A stretch of DNA of 64,000 nt. Origin: Eledone cirrhosa (taxonomy: Eukaryota). Location of the stretch: NCBI GenBank assembly GCA_964016885.1, contig OZ024742.1, positions 20,832,001 to 20,896,000 of the forward strand, in the 5' to 3' direction. Below, piece after piece: positions 1 to 13,605 of the stretch (position 1 is its first letter; every line of letters begins with the position of its first letter). Position numbers and translations under genes: made by a program. The notes beneath the pieces were generated by a model. It saw only the letters and a program-made list of their open reading frames with translations. It was not told the origin of the DNA and did not search any database.

Positions 1-621
1 TCGCCGAATCCCCTCCTCCTAATTGACTACGTCATTTCTGAACGGCCCTACTTGCGTCAGTGTGAAACATTACTTCACTTTTCACTGCTAAAATGCTTTT
101 TAAATACTTCGTTAAAAATTTATGTTTATTATCAAAGCTATTTTTTGTACCAATCTATCAATAGTTTGCGAAAATATAGGTAAACATGTGAGTTAAATTT
201 TTTTTAAACGCATCGATCGCTTTGTCGCACCGACTGTGACACTGTCTGACTGTCTGTCTGACTGACACCTTTGTCGGACCGACACCTTTGTTCAAGCGGA
301 CAACTTTGTGTCACTGACACCTTTGTTCGTGCCGGAATCTCTGCGAAACACCGATGACAACAACCAGACCAAAATTTCACTTCATTCTTGATTCTTCTTC
401 AAGACCGATCGCCGACCGATCGTATCGGTTGCTCTTCATATACCAGGTATTCAACAGATAGTTTGCACTTCTAGTATTATTAACAGTCGTGCGATTTTTT
501 GTACCGATAGGTGCGAATAGTGCGCTATATTTTTGTACCGATAGGGGCGAATAGTGCGATAGGTGCGAATAGTGTACAATATTTTCTGAGATTTGCATCC
601 ACTAATTTCGCTTAATTAAAA

Positions 622-1420
622 ATGATGTTTCGCGGCTTTTTGATCTGCTGATTCATTTTTTCCATGGCACGGAAATGGAGTATTTCCATTTCGAATCAAA
701 ACTTTTCACTAAAATCGGGCAATTGAACTGATCAAATTCACATTCATGCCAGTTTTTACAAATCCGTAATTAGAATTGTGGCGAAATCGAATGACCAGAA
801 GGTATAAAAATATTAATAATTCAAATGTATTTACTTATCATACCAACAAAAATACTTAGATATTTTGTATACCTGGGGCCCGTCAGGGCCAGGTAATGTT
901 AATCGCCAACATTGTTATCTGTTGTCCTTTTGTGAAAGTATTGGTGGTTCATGTCGGCTCTAATGATCTGAATCATCGTCACACCGTTAGCACTACAAAG
1001 CTGTGCAAAGTAATACAATAATTTTTGCCCAAGTTTTTTTTATTAATCATTTATTTGTAAATTAAGGACAAAGTGCCCATTCGAGGCACAACACCGGAAA
1101 AACAGGGGAAGAGTCTCTTTGCAAGGCTACAGAAAATAGCGGAAAAGCACCACTGTACACCCATTTTCTACAGTGGTGTCATTCCACGTCCACAAAGTGT
1201 AATTGAAAATAAAAATGACTTGGGCAAGAGAAATTCTCGTTTGGAAAAGTTTAATTACTGCATGAAAGAAATGATTCAAAAATTGAACTTGCCCAATCTT
1301 CACAACATTGAAAATTGGTCAACATTTGACAAATCTGACTTCAAACCAGATATGATTCATTTGAACAATGTTGGAAATCTTAAATTGACACAAATTTTTG
1401 CCAATGTTTTTGCCACCTGA
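622..1420 (+). pseudogene. Spliced SGNH/GDSL-type hydrolase (esterase) gene with tiny introns; 5' part frameshifted
   Basis: Exon 860-1009 reads IFCIPGARQGQ...VLVVHVGSNDLNH (SGNH blocks II and III). A GT..AG intron at 1010-1066 joins it in frame to 1067-1420, which ends ...KPDMIHLNNVGN (block V, DxxH). A second GT..AG intron lies at 802-859. A possible block I (LIxDS) near 640-655 needs a frameshift, and there is a stop at 724-726. Confidence 0.65.
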
Positions 1421-1600
1421 TCCTTGTTCTATGGCTGACTGACTAAATTTGTGACTTAATAAAATGTCATCATACTAGTAATGCACAATGGTCATTTTTA
1501 AATTTAAATTTTATTAAATAGTTGTTTCTTGCATTGCCTTAAAATAGTAACAAGAATGTACACATACTTTTTAAAAATACATCATTATCAGTCAAATCAG

Positions 1601-1936
1601 TCAAATGTCACTAAAGGCCAGGTAGTCGATAACAACTTCTATAAGATTAGTTACATGCTCACACATTGGATCACCTCTCATCAATGGCATTGGGTGTCTG
1701 AGATAATCGTGGAGATAACTGATGAAGTCACAAATGAAGTGATGGTCTTCCAGTGTGAACAACTCCCTATATCCATTGATATATGTGATGGCTTCCGATT
1801 CATAGGTGCATTTTATGAGGAATTCCATGCATCCGATTTTCAGTGATTCAATGGGCATTTTATCAGAGATGATAAGGTATTTGACCACGTTTTGCTTTGT
1901 AAGTAAATTGGAGAGAATCACTGCAGTCAAAGTCAT
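1601..1936 (-). CDS. Hypothetical 111-aa ORF convergent with the esterase; possibly spliced (intron 1962-2004)
   Basis: Non-repetitive ORF with protein-like composition. A GTAAG...TTTTAG 43-nt candidate intron lies just upstream on the minus strand. No family recognised. Confidence 0.3.
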   Translation of the reverse strand: MTLTAVILSNLLTKQNVVKYLIISDKMPIESLKIGCMEFLIKCTYESEAITYINGYRELFTLEDHHFICDFISYLHDYLRHPMPLMRGDPMCEHVTNLIEVVIDYLAFSDI

Positions 1937-2234
1937 TTCTTTGCATGGGTTTTTGTCCGTTCTAAAAAGTTAAAATGATAAAGTATTACTACTATATAAC
2001 TTACATCTATTGTTGTAACACCATTGAAATGCACAAGTTTCACCAATTCACTATTATGCACTAATCATCTCAAATGCATTCATGATTTACTAGCTTTGTC
2101 ATTAAGCCAGTTGCCTCAACTAGATTGCAATTATACTCAAAAGAACTTTAAAATGTCAGTCACTTGTCAGTAATTCACTATGATCATTTAATTATTAGAT
2201 AGTTGTTGCTTGCATTGCCTTAAAAAATAGTAGA

Positions 2235-3326
2235 CCAGATAGAAAAATGCGTACAGCAAAAAAAAGTAATATTGTTGGAATATAAACCTTTAAAAATACA
2301 GGACAAGAAACTAAAATAAAACTTTAAAAGAATAGGACAAGAAACTAAGATAAAACTTTAAAAGAATAGGACAAGAAACTAACATAAAACTTTAAAGAAT
2401 TGGACAAGAAATAAAAAGTTTTACAATAATATTAGTGGCAACATTTTTTTATTCGTTTTCTGTGCTATGCCCCAGTATCTTCTTGATTAGTGCATAATAA
2501 TTGTCATGCTCTCATTGTGCGTTGCCCCTGAGCGGTTGGTTCTGGTTGGGGTTGGTTGGCTGAGCAGTTCTGCTCCGTCAGAATGACCATTGCAAGAAGA
2601 ATTGGCCGATGCAGCTGCAGGTCTCCTCCAAGAATGCACTTCTGGTCCCGCAACACCAGACGAAGATGGAGACGACGACCGGGACAAGATGTCGACTCTG
2701 ACCACCGACTACGGCACCTCCCTCAACCACCAGTCCTCCCTCCCTCTGTCCCGTCATCCCTCCAGTCCTCCTGCTCCCCCTTCCTGTACCAGAAAGCTGT
2801 GGCACGCATTCATCTAGACTGCCGGACTTGAACTCAAGGACAAGATACAAGGAGAAGATGGACGGGTTGGTCAAGATCAAGGATGAGCGGGACGACAAGA
2901 CCGTCCGCTGCTGCTCAAGATCTGTGCTCATGGGCCCATGGGTCCATTCACATTATACATGACACATGAGGCGTGTCGTCGAATGATGAAATAGGGGTAT
3001 GGTTATGGCCCAATTGGTGTTCAAACCAGGATCAAATGATCCCCCGGTCTGACGACGACCTCTGAATGTGGAACCCAGAGCCTATGAATGTGGAACTCGA
3101 TTTTGTACAAATAAAAATTTTGCCACTAATATTATTGTAAAACGTTTTATTTCTTGTCCAATTCTTTAAAGTTTTATCTTAGTTTCTTGTCATATTTTTT
3201 TAAAGTGTTATCTTAGTTTCTTGTCCTATTCTTTTAAAGTTTTATTTAATTTCTTGTCCTGTATTTTTAAAGGTTTATATTCCTACAATATTACTTCTTT
3301 TTGCTGTACGCATTTTTCTATCTGGT
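2235..3326. mobile_element. Non-autonomous TIR (foldback/MITE-like) element with about 215-bp TIRs and GC-rich cargo
   Basis: 2235-~2450 (ACCAGATAGAAAAATGCGTACAGC...) is the reverse complement of ~3112-3326 (...GCTGTACGCATTTTTCTATCTGGT). Each TIR contains about 4 copies of a ~30-bp unit (GGACAAGAAACTAAGATAAAACTTTAAAAG). Confidence 0.8.
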
Positions 3327-4294
3327 GTAATATAATGCATAATTGACTGTAAAAGAGAAAAGAATTTGAAGCTGTAGCCTGGATAAATCAATAGAAATAT
3401 GGAGAAAAGAATCAAACTGCGGTTTCGTATCACCATGAAGCTCATATCTATTGTTGGTGTCCTTATCGAACTATAGGTGAATGCAACAGAGGATATGGAC
3501 CAGCTTTACATATCAGAATAGAGATTTACATGAAGGCATATAAAATATGTTTATGTACAAGAAACATATGTAAATCTAGCTATGTGTGTTTAAGCCGTGA
3601 TCATGTCACAGCTACCTCAGTAGCTGTGTGAGTACGCCATATCAGCAGGACATGCTTAATAATTATCTACTCAGAACTAAAGATGATGAAATTGAATTTT
3701 TGGAAATGTGAAAACAAAAGTAAGTCCTTTCTTAATGAGGAAAATTTTAAATCATCATTGAGCCTAGAGCTTCATTGCACTGGAGATTATTTCGGGCGGG
3801 TTCAGGCAATGTTATGTGGCATATTCGACATGTCCAATAAGGATACACAACTCTACTCATGCTGCTGCTGCTCAGACTACATTCACTCAAAACACATTTC
3901 GCTTGTTTTCATTTGTCTATAGTGACATAATTATACAATTATAATCTCTGTTCTTTACATATAATGAACTTTCTTTTGAAAATACAAAATAATTAAAATT
4001 GTTATTCATTAAATACACCCAAATCTTATGTTTACTCTCCTCTACTTCTATTATCTGAGAGTGAATCTAAATCCCCTGTTAAAATCTTTTTTCCTAGATG
4101 ATTTGTCACATTCGAAACTTCAGATTCTCCTTATCTTTAGTGCATACAAAGAAATCGAATCTGATGTACTTTAAAGATTGTATAGTAGATAGCTTATATG
4201 TTATAGACAGTGGAGTGTACTTGTCTATGTCAATTCCGTCTCGTTGTAAATAGGTAACTAGTTTAATAGTATAATAGAACAGTAAACACTAGGA

Positions 4295-4640
4295 ATGGAG
4301 CCAGCATGGTCGAATGGTTAAGAAGGTAGCTTCGTAATTATGAGGACCTGGGTTTTAACACCACTGTGTGGCATGTGGGACAAGTGTCATTTACTATAGC
4401 TTACGGTTGACCCATGTCTAGTGTGCATACAATTTGGTAGACAGAATCTATTTAGAAGTCCGTCATGCTGTATCTTCTTGTATTTCAAACTGCCCGATTT
4501 GTCAGCCACTGTTACGCAGAATCTTCCTTGTGTTAACGGTAACCGGTGTCCGTGGAATCTGCAGCCATTTACACATCAATTTCACGAGCAGGCTGTTCCG
4601 TTGATAAAACAACTTAAACACTCATAATCGAAACCGACGA
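4295..4640 (+). mobile_element. tRNA-derived SINE, family 2 (degenerate)
   Basis: tRNA-like head (TGGTCGAATGGTTAAG) followed by GGGACAAGTGTCATTTACTATAGC...GGTAGACAGAA. Related copies lie at ~13860-14165 and ~60375-60715. Confidence 0.55.
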
Positions 4641-6308
4641 AGTTTTATTCTAAACATTTCTAACATTATCTCCATGTTTAGAGTAGGTATAACCTCCAAG
4701 GAGTCTTTGATATGTTGAGATAATGATTAAACGCACAACAATATCCTTAATATATTTGTATATACAACATGTGTTGTTGTCCTGGTGCAAAACAAGGGTA
4801 ACAACGAAAATCGAATCATATATGAATCGTACTTCTTGGTATACATGGGATATAGAGTGATTCTTCGAGAAGCAGATTCTAATTGATTTCCAAAACATAG
4901 ATACACACTGACACATTAATATTTTATTTTGGTTTTTAGTCAAATTAAGAAACATAAATGATGAAGTATCATGCTGCAGTAAATATAGAAATACAATTCA
5001 GTGAAAAGGTTTCAAATATTTTTTATTCATTATTCCAATTTTGTATCTAATCAAATTCTACTAACAAAACAGTTTTGTATCCTCATTCGAATGTTTGACA
5101 TCCTTAAAGTAGCGAAATGCTTTCTAGCTACACAGATGACAAAATTATCATGAGAATGTTTAGAAAGATTTACATGATCATATTTACAGATATATTACCT
5201 GTGCAATCTTAAATGAAAAACAGAAACGTTCGTTTTTTTTTGTTTTTTTTTTCAAATACACACACCACAAACAAAAGTAATAAACCATCGTCAACTTTTT
5301 ATGTATGTCCTGCCGACAAGGTGGCAAAATTGTTACCATAATAACTGCGATAAACATCAGCCATCTTACAATGTGTTTTATCTGGAATGATTTCGTTATC
5401 CTGATATGGCTTAATTGAATTACCCTTTTAAGATTTTTGAAGTGGCTACTATAATTAAAAATGAGCGTAATATGTTCCTATAGATTTATCATTAAATATA
5501 AATTGTTAGGATCAAAGTTACCAATCCTAATGCGCATTTCAACTTTATCTTCCGCTGTAAGTAAGGTCTTGTATTTAATCCTGTTGTGAAATATCTGAAA
5601 ATTGTAATATATAAGCTACAAAAAAAGAAATGATATTTGCAAAGTTATGTATAAATATAACCACAATTTATAATTAAGTTCCTGATACAAAGATGCATAA
5701 GTCTATAATGGATAGTATAGTCCTAAATTTCTCATTAAAATATTTCCACCCTATCACAAACACGTTATCAATATTCTTTTAAGCTGGGAGAAGTAAGCGT
5801 TAGTTTAGCGTTTGAATTTGTATTATCTAGAATATTTCATGAAAATAATCTGCTTGAATATTCAATAGTACACAAGAAATGTTTTTCCTTAGAAACATGT
5901 GTTGAACGTTTGTTCCAGCAATCTCGTAGTGATATGACAAGCAACAGAAGCTATTATCGTATAAACAATGGATTTGAAGCATATTGAAGACAAGCGCATA
6001 TCTGACCTGTTAGGGGAAACAGCTACATAGATATGGATGTATATCTAAGAAAACAAACGTTTCACCCTTCATCAATAGGAAAAGATCAGTTGTGTTAAGG
6101 AAAATTCATTTTATACAGTAGTCAGAATTTAATTATCACGTAACGACGCCCACACAAACACACGTATGTATACACACACACACACACTATCACACACACA
6201 CTCACAAACATACACACAAACACACGCACAGGCACATATATATATATGATATGATATGCATATATATATATACAGATACATTTATATTTATATGTATACA
6301 CACACACG

Positions 6309-6383
<75 letters not shown>

Positions 6384-8689
6384 CTATATCCACTACTGCT
6401 ACAACTACTATCCACTAGATTCATCCATATCGTTTAGGTGATAATGATAAAATATTTCTCTCAGCCGATTAAGCTTTAACTGTCTCAGTTCTTTACCATA
6501 TAATTCTGTTTCTTATTCAATGACTCTCTTTAGTTTCTTGAGAGATCTTCTGCGTTTGCCTTTCACATTAGTGGGCTCCCATAGTAAAAATGTTAAAGCA
6601 GGTTTGTTGATTTTCATGATATGACCTTCAGAACCACAACATTATTTTGAATGAAACAGTTCTAGTCTTGTAGAAGCCATTTCTCTATCAAACTTGATGT
6701 TTACATTCTACTAATGTATTGAGTACATTACTAACTGTGGTTATCCCGATTGAACCCGGGACTCATACACACACACACACACATAGATATCAGATGTCCG
6801 ATATATGGTACCAACTTGACCTAGAAAGTGTCTTTGATGAGAGACACAGAGCCAAAAGATTCTGGGATTTCATTATCCAAATGGACTGTAGTTTTGAATA
6901 TACCAGATCTGATATTGCTTATATATATATGCACAGAAATAAGTGAGGAATAAAGACTGATGCTGTTACCACCCCAGGAGACCACACAATATCATTGAGA
7001 GAAATTGAATAGGTATAAACGTATGTTGATTTAAAGATCGAATCGAAATTGCAGGTATGTGGTCAATAGAACCCGCAAACAGCAGTTTATAAAGAGGCTT
7101 TGGCTCGACTCTCTAAAGCACATATTGCTTTCTTTCTAAAACTGGCTTTTGGGGCGCTAAACACGTCATCATAAAATTGTTGCCTTTATAAGGTCATTGT
7201 TGAGAATCGACAGACAGTAGGATATATAATAATCGAAATATATCTGCAAATATTCAATAATAATAATGATAATTATTATAATAACGAAAAATATCAAGAA
7301 TGTAGAGACGTCTAGCAGCGAAGATGAAAATCGTATCAGTTTCCATACGACAATTATATGAAAAATAACTATCTAATAAAGTGGTTGCACTTTCAAGAAA
7401 GACATGGGTGTACATTAAAATATACCCTCATTGGAAAGGCTAACATCTTTGAAATACACGTACTGTTTAAACCACGTTCCTAACAAGAACATATTGTAAT
7501 ACATCAATAATCATGATCATGATAAGAAGAACTAAAACCTTTACACTATATGTTGTGACCGAGGGGTTGTTTCATTGTCATTATCAATTTCTGTCTAGCA
7601 TTACCAATTCTGTGGAATCATCTTCTATTATAGTAGTATCATTGATATATCTCATAGCATATTATTAAATATCTCCCATTTTGGAAAGTAATCACACAGC
7701 ATAACAATTCGTTTCATACATCTAAATAGGGAAAAAAATGAAAAAAAAAACTTTCTTGGAAGAAATCGATTTAAGTTGTCCATTTTATTAATATTCTCTG
7801 TCTGCAGGAAAAAATATATTATCGCATTTGATCAAAAGTTGAGAAGAGATTTCTGAAAGTGATTATCTCATTTTATCTTCTATAATGCGAACAATTTTAA
7901 TATAAAATTTCGGAATAATAGTTGGTTGGGTTAGCATTGTACTCGAATGTAAAAAGAGAAAGGAATGAAACAATAGACCCGTGCAAACGTAGACACCGAA
8001 GGCATTAGCCTCGAAGCACCTAACAACTAATACATATTTCCTCGCCTACAGCTATAAAACATCGTATTTGTAGTCGATGCATCCAATGGCAATTGTTAAT
8101 TATGTTAAAACGCTCGTGGTTTGTGATTATACATTCAATTGTTTGAAACGAATAATTTAATTCAAAAGATTACAGTTCAAACATACAAGTTAGATTGTTG
8201 TCATTGTGTAAAACATTGCTTGCTTTACACTCTTATAATGAAGGTATGCATGTGAACAAGAGATGCATTGCTTGCAGCACAAAATCTAAACTTGCACAAA
8301 TAGAATTTGCTGGAAAGAACAACTATGCTGACTCAAGAAAATTAGTGTATCTGAAAGCAATGTTAGGTGCTATAGAAAAAACAAAGCTCAATTGCATAAA
8401 TTACTAAATAATAAATATTCTCTGAGCTGAAATCTCGTTCACTATCCAGTAAAGGGTAACTAATTGGTTGTACGGGTGGGAGACAACGAAGAAAAGGGAT
8501 GTGTTGTAATAACAATATATATCAATTTACAAGCAAGGAAAATGCATAAACATGACAAGTTTGGAAAAATTGAGTTAATATGTTACAGCTGTATACCAGA
8601 AAACAAAGATCTTCACAGAAGCTAGTCTTATATGAGGTGTTGGTATTTAATAGCTTTATCATAAAACTAAAAATGCAGCATGAGTTTGA

Positions 8690-9450
8690 ACCGAATCAAA
8701 TTGGTGATGCGAATATTAAACAAAAAAGTCAAATAGTATATTTTAGAACAGGGAGAATCAATACGAAACACATTACTGCACTTTTGGATTGTTTAGCTGA
8801 TGAAACCAAATTAAATTTCGTGGTTATATAAAACGAAAATTTGCAAAGCGTGATACATTTTCCTTGTGTGATATTACTTGATTCCATCAAAGTAGTTAGA
8901 TTGATGAAGAAGTAATATTTATGGTAGAAGAAAGAATGGGATGAAGTGATCATTTAAACAAAAGCTATGAAAACTCATGAATGGTTTCTGATTTAGCAAA
9001 AGATCACCAATTTTGGAGGAGGAAAATGTCTATTAAATCGAACCCAATGCGTTCCTTGGTACTTAGTACTTTATTGAAATCAGAGCGTAAAAAGACATAA
9101 CTATATGTCGCAACGCATGTTTTCCAACACTACTGATACTGCCAATCCACCGCCCTATTCATTAAACTATAATAGCAAGCCCCTTGATGCTTCGTTGAGC
9201 AAACAATTTAAGAATGAGATTAGAAAGCTTTGGATAATATGAATATAATCTGATGAAGTTACAAAATAAGAGGCGCGACAGTGGTATTGTTGTGACATGG
9301 GTTAAATTAGCTTGAAATGCTTTAGATATGGTTTCCTGGATATGTTTTAATGACCAGTATTATAAATAAATTGGATGGGATTTGATAGTAAATTGTTGTC
9401 GAATTACCAGGTTGCAACTACAGACACCATTGCAAATTTAGATGAAGACA
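8690..9450 (+). pseudogene. pogo/Tigger-like DDE transposase fossil interrupted by a SINE remnant (~8985-9160)
   Basis: Degenerate translation ...VYFRTGRINTKHITALLDCLADETKLNFVVI... resembles the pogo T-V-V-L-A-C-x-A-D-G-T-K-L motif. From 9175, QPLDASLSKQFKNEIRKLW...TWVKLA resembles the QPLD motif. Many stops and frameshifts. Confidence 0.6.
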
Positions 9451-10832
9451 AGGATGAAAGGGTATGTATGAAAAAACGAAAAAACAGCTGAAGATTTTCA
9501 AATATAAAATAACGAATCAAGACGTTAATGGACTTTACGTGACAAACATATTTTACTGAGAGTTACATGCTTTTAACCTGTGCTGTAGCCTTTGGTCAAT
9601 GTCTTTTAAGAAAATTATTATTGACCAAAAATAGAAAACACGTCTTTATTTTAGATTTGTTTTTAGCGCTTGCATTTTATGTCGTGGTTTAATGTGTTTT
9701 AAAAATACTACATTGTGTGTATAATATAACGTTGTCTACACACCAGAGTCATATTATGTAGAAGGCTAATATATATTATATAAGTTTATGTGAAAACGTA
9801 GTCCAACACATTTACAGCACTGCCATATCACGTCTTCTTGTCATAGTTGGCCATTGGCCAAGATAGGACATTTTTGTTATCAATTCTCAATGGTTATTTA
9901 CATGTTTAGCTAAATCTTTGATATTTTAACAACGATTATGGAACAAAACATTTATTTTCATCTTTGAAACCTAAGAAATATCAAAGTTTAAATACACAGA
10001 AATCTTAGGAATCAATAGCATATTTATGCAAAAACAACAACAACAACAAAAAAAAACGTCATGAATATGTGAGATATTCTGTTCTACGAAGCAGAGTATT
10101 GGAACTATGATATGCGAAACAGATATTCTATTATAATAAACAAATAAATATAGAAATAAATTGAAATGTCGAGAGTTATTTTCTATAAAATCATATCTAA
10201 TATATCTCTCGGTAATTTAATCAGTTAATGCCAAATAATTTTCAATTAAGTTAAATATTTTGAAAAATATATACGTTGATACTATGTCAATATGTAGGAA
10301 TTGATTATTTTCTTCATAAATATAATAAACTGCAAATACAATAAAATATGAATAGTAACATATGCAGAAATATTCTTGTAATTATTCATTATATTCATGT
10401 TATACTTTCAAATTATGTTTAATAAACCAGCAGGTCTGTATACAGGAAATTATAGCAGTTACACACTTTTCTGTAAACAGATACACGTTATTATTTGATA
10501 TTCAAAGGGTGGTGGAATGGCAGAATCGTTAGAGTATCGAACACAATTCTTTGTGGCATATATTCCTGTTCTTTACGTCCTGAGCTCAAATCACACCGAA
10601 GGAAATTTTGTCTTCCATCTATTCGGGGTTGATAAAATAAAGTTCTAGTCGGTAGATTGTCGAATTCAGTACGGCACACTATTGCTTTTCTTGTCTGAGT
10701 TCAATACCCACAAAGGTCATATTTACATGTTATTATTTCATGGTCGATTAGACGGTGAATTAGCAGAGCCGTTAGAAATTCGGATAGAATGTTTTGTCGT
10801 ATGTGTTCAAATACTGCGGGAATCAATTTTAA

Positions 10833-11047
10833 GGGCGGTGCATTGGCAGTGTCGGTAAAGCGTCATCCGACAGGCTTTGCAGCATATAGTTACGGCCCTT
10901 TACGTTCTGAGTTCAAGTCCCGCCCAGGTCGTCTTTTACCTTTTATCCTTACGGGACAGATAAAATATAGTACAAGTAGCACACTGGAGTCGATTTAATC
11001 GACTTTCCTCTCCCCCAAAATGTGTGCCTAAATTAGAAACCATTATT
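10833..11047 (+). mobile_element. tRNA-derived SINE, family 1
   Basis: GGCGGTGCATTGGCAG head, B-box-like GAGTTCAAGTCC and TTTACCTTTTATCCTTACGGG core. Further partial copies at ~10510-10650 and ~11300-11521. Confidence 0.75.
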
Positions 11048-11794
11048 TTAAGGCCGCGAAATAAATTTCAGTCCCACCTCAAAATGAAATGTAAGAAACA
11101 CTGCTGTTTTAACTCCGTTACAAATTTTCTTTGTGTAAGTAGAAGGTAACTGATACATCGATGTCTTACATGAGATTCTATAACGCCTGTCTTGATAAAC
11201 TAAGACCAATCATGTCTCTGGCAATGTTTATATATTTTAACCAATTGTCGAGTAGAACACAATTCAGTAGATTCTAGGATATTACTGAAGACAGCAACTT
11301 GCCAGGATAATTAGAATATCGGATAGAATGCCTTGCAATGTTTGTTCCTTAATCTAATTTCAAATCACAACGAGGTACTCTACCTTTACGTCCCTTTACG
11401 GTCTGAGTTCAAATCCCGCCAAGGTTAACTTTGCCTTTCATCCTTACGGGGTCGATAAAATAAAGTACCAGTAATGTACTGGGTAATTGCTGGCCTTGTG
11501 CCAAAAGTAGAAACAATTATTTGGAAATAAATAAAAAAAGTACAGGGAAGAATTCTTTTTCTGCATCACACTCTATCGATTAAATTGGTTGTATTCAGGC
11601 CAAGAGAATTATACATGCTGCCGGATATAAATAATCCAAGACACGGCATAATTCATGATGGCATTGTATCAATTCCTTCAGGGATGAAGAGTTGAAAAAA
11701 GGGTTATATATATCGGGTATATATTTCATAGAGACCATGAAGAGTCAAATCTATCCGTCGCATAGTGGCGTGGATTTTTTGCATTAGCTACACC

Positions 11795-12091
11795 TGAGGT
11801 CAGTTTTTGATTTAGACCTTGGGGAGCCCGGGGCTCATATACAAAAAAAAACAAAAACAAATTAGAATACACAGCAAAACCCCTAATTTTACATATCAAA
11901 GTTAGCTTTGCGCAAATAATTGGAATTTAAAAGTTATATATACAGGTATTAAATAAAATAAATCTAACCATCGTAAAACTAAACTCCCAGCTGAGAACAC
12001 AAATGAATTGCTACAGGCATCGTTGATGGGACCCCCAACGAAGCGGGGCCGGGACAATTGTCTCATTTGCTTCCCATTAAATCCAGCCCTG
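11795..12091. mobile_element. Degenerate hAT-like MITE
   Basis: Ends in TTAAATCCAGCCCTG, resembling the CAGGGCCGGATTTAA class of hAT TIRs, with GGGGCC/GGGCCC subterminal motifs. The left TIR is poorly preserved. Confidence 0.35.
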
Positions 12092-13215
12092 CCTAAGGTT
12101 ATTATATTAGGCAAAGTGTTAAGTGTTATCATCAGGATTTTGAGCTGTTTTGTGGATAAAATAAAATAAATTCCTTTATCTCTCTTTCAATTCCCCACCC
12201 ATTGTTATTTTATACAGGTTCTATAAACAGCTATGCATTGTTACATCTCATATTAGCTTATCTATGTGTGTCCGTGAATGATTGGATGTTGGTATGAGAA
12301 GCCTGTGTGTTTGTCTGTGAAGGGCTATCTTTCATATTCTAATTACCTAATAATTATTTATCTTACTGCCTATCTCATATTATTCTTAACGTATCCTACA
12401 TCTTCCCTTTCTTTAATTTCATGTGTTTATCTATCTATCGAATGATCACTCCATTGGTTTTGCTTCTTTTTGTTGTCTTGATTTATTGGTGAGAAGGAGA
12501 TGAAAAACATAGTCAGTTATATTAGGAAAACAGTGAAAGGATGAAAGAAAAATACAGAGGAAAATGAGAGAGGGGCTGCTAGAAAGAAATAAACAATGCT
12601 CAGGAAATGTGATTTGTATAAGAGATATAAGTTATCATAGATAAAGAGAGAGAGAGAGAGGGAGAGGGAGAGGGAGAGAGTGATAGAGAGAGGGGAGATA
12701 AGCCAGATGGGCGTGAGAGAAGCGTAAAAGTGGTGGATATGGTGGGGTTATAAGCGATGAACATGTGTTTGTGAAGAGATATCCGCTAAGTGGAATGTTT
12801 TACCGTGTGAAGCACAGCTTAGAGGCATTGCCTACTATAACGTAGATATCTAAAGTTGTCTACATATAACTAATGAAATACAGGTCAACAAACATGTTTG
12901 TTTAAATATAATTATGTTGAGACATCATGCATGGTTCTCATTTTATTGATTTAGAAGGTACAAGATGGTGGACTGGCAGAATTGGTATAGCTTATTTCGT
13001 ATCATGGTGTTACAGAAGAGTGAGTCAAGGCATTACAAACGTGACCAAAACAATCATATAACTGCAGCTAAGGCAACTAACTCAATATAAAAAAATATGT
13101 ATATGTAGTACTGTTAATGTTATGAGTGATATATTAGCTTGTACTGTCTCCATTTACTCAAAAACCGGAAACAAACATCGACTTGTACGGAAGATGTACC
13201 ATATTTTCATGGTAT

Positions 13216-13285
<70 letters not shown>

Positions 13286-13351
13286 TTACTATGGCATATA
13301 TATATATATGTATATATATATATGTATATATATATATGTATATATATATAT

Positions 13352-13521
13352 ATTAGAAAGTGAGGTTTTTTTTACAAAATGAAAAATAACCGAGGTGTCC
13401 TACACGAGTGAAAGTATAAAGAAAAAGAGATGAAATCGAAAATGCAACTGGAGTCTTATTTTTTAAATAAATATATATATTTAAAAAAAAAATAAGACTC
13501 CAGTTGCATTTTCGATTTCAC

Positions 13522-13527
<6 letters not shown>
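13352..13527. repeat. Short fold-back element between (TA)n and (CT)n tracts
   Basis: 13424-13469 and 13478-13527 are inverted repeats (GATGAAATCGAAAATGCAACTGGAGTCTTATT). About 70 nt of unpaired extension lies on the left. Confidence 0.75.

Positions 13528-13605
<78 letters not shown>

Noticed and set aside
1529-1846. 105-aa plus-strand ORF
   Set aside because: Antisense shadow of the 1601-1936 ORF, with a non-ATG start and no motif.
3683-3922. Possible Tc1 transposase remnant (FLNEENF, similar to FSDEKKF)
   Set aside because: The similarity is too short and degenerate to support without a profile search.
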